A stretch of DNA of 64,000 nt from Octopus sinensis. Lineage: Eukaryota. Below the pieces are notes generated by a model. The model was given only the letters and a program-made list of their open reading frames with translations. It made no database searches and was not told the DNA's origin. The DNA is taken from positions 138,818,001 through 138,882,000 of the forward strand of contig NC_042997.1 of NCBI RefSeq assembly GCF_006345805.1, written 5' to 3'. Positions within the stretch are counted from its first letter, which is position 1; every line of letters starts with the position of its first letter. Shown in pieces: positions 63,746 to 64,000 of this stretch. The translations under genes were made by a program, and so were the position numbers.

Positions 63746-64000
63746 GCCGACATCGAGTTTCCCCAAACACTTCTCAGCGCCCGAATATGTTTCACTTCCC
63801 GTTGCGGAGCGAGTGAACTTCACAGGTAGAGAGCGGGACTGAGATGAGGAGTAGAAGTTGAAAACAAAAAACAAAACAAAAAAAGAAAGAAAACGGAAGA
63901 GACAGAAAGAAAAACAAACATATAGACAAACATCAACAATCCCCATCCACACAAGAGGTAGAGAGAAAAAAATCAAACCAACACAAACAAATTCAACCAA

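Noticed and set aside
62495-64000. 501-aa ORF as an intact gene
   Set aside because: Chance fusion of flanking low-complexity sequence and an (ATA)n run to a 5'-truncated Dong-type LINE. No RT catalytic motif, and a frameshift in the RLE.

Overview
AT-rich, microsatellite-saturated animal genomic DNA. The SINE and simple-repeat landscape looks like an octopus or other coleoid cephalopod (inference, no database check). I could not support any host protein-coding exon, so this is probably intronic or intergenic, and nearly all listed ORFs are translations of simple repeats. The window is a layered transposon graveyard: one near full-length but disrupted R4/Dong-type RLE LINE plus five fragments, mostly embedded in (TAA)n; Tx1/L1, CR1, RTE, HERO-like and Penelope remnants; mariner, Tc1 and hAT-like DNA elements; a TIR MITE with telomere-like hexamers; and at least four tRNA-derived SINE families. 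Main observations: (1) three short repeat families carry minimal type-I hammerhead ribozyme folds, one being a tRNA-headed SINE-like element, with Penelope RT and GIY-YIG relics in the same window; (2) one SINE family has a 3' tail matching a Tx1 LINE 3' end in this window and appears to insert into its own head, building tandem arrays; (3) a ~545-bp non-coding element is anchored to (TAA)n runs among the Dong-like LINEs. Element boundaries are approximate unless exact motifs are quoted.
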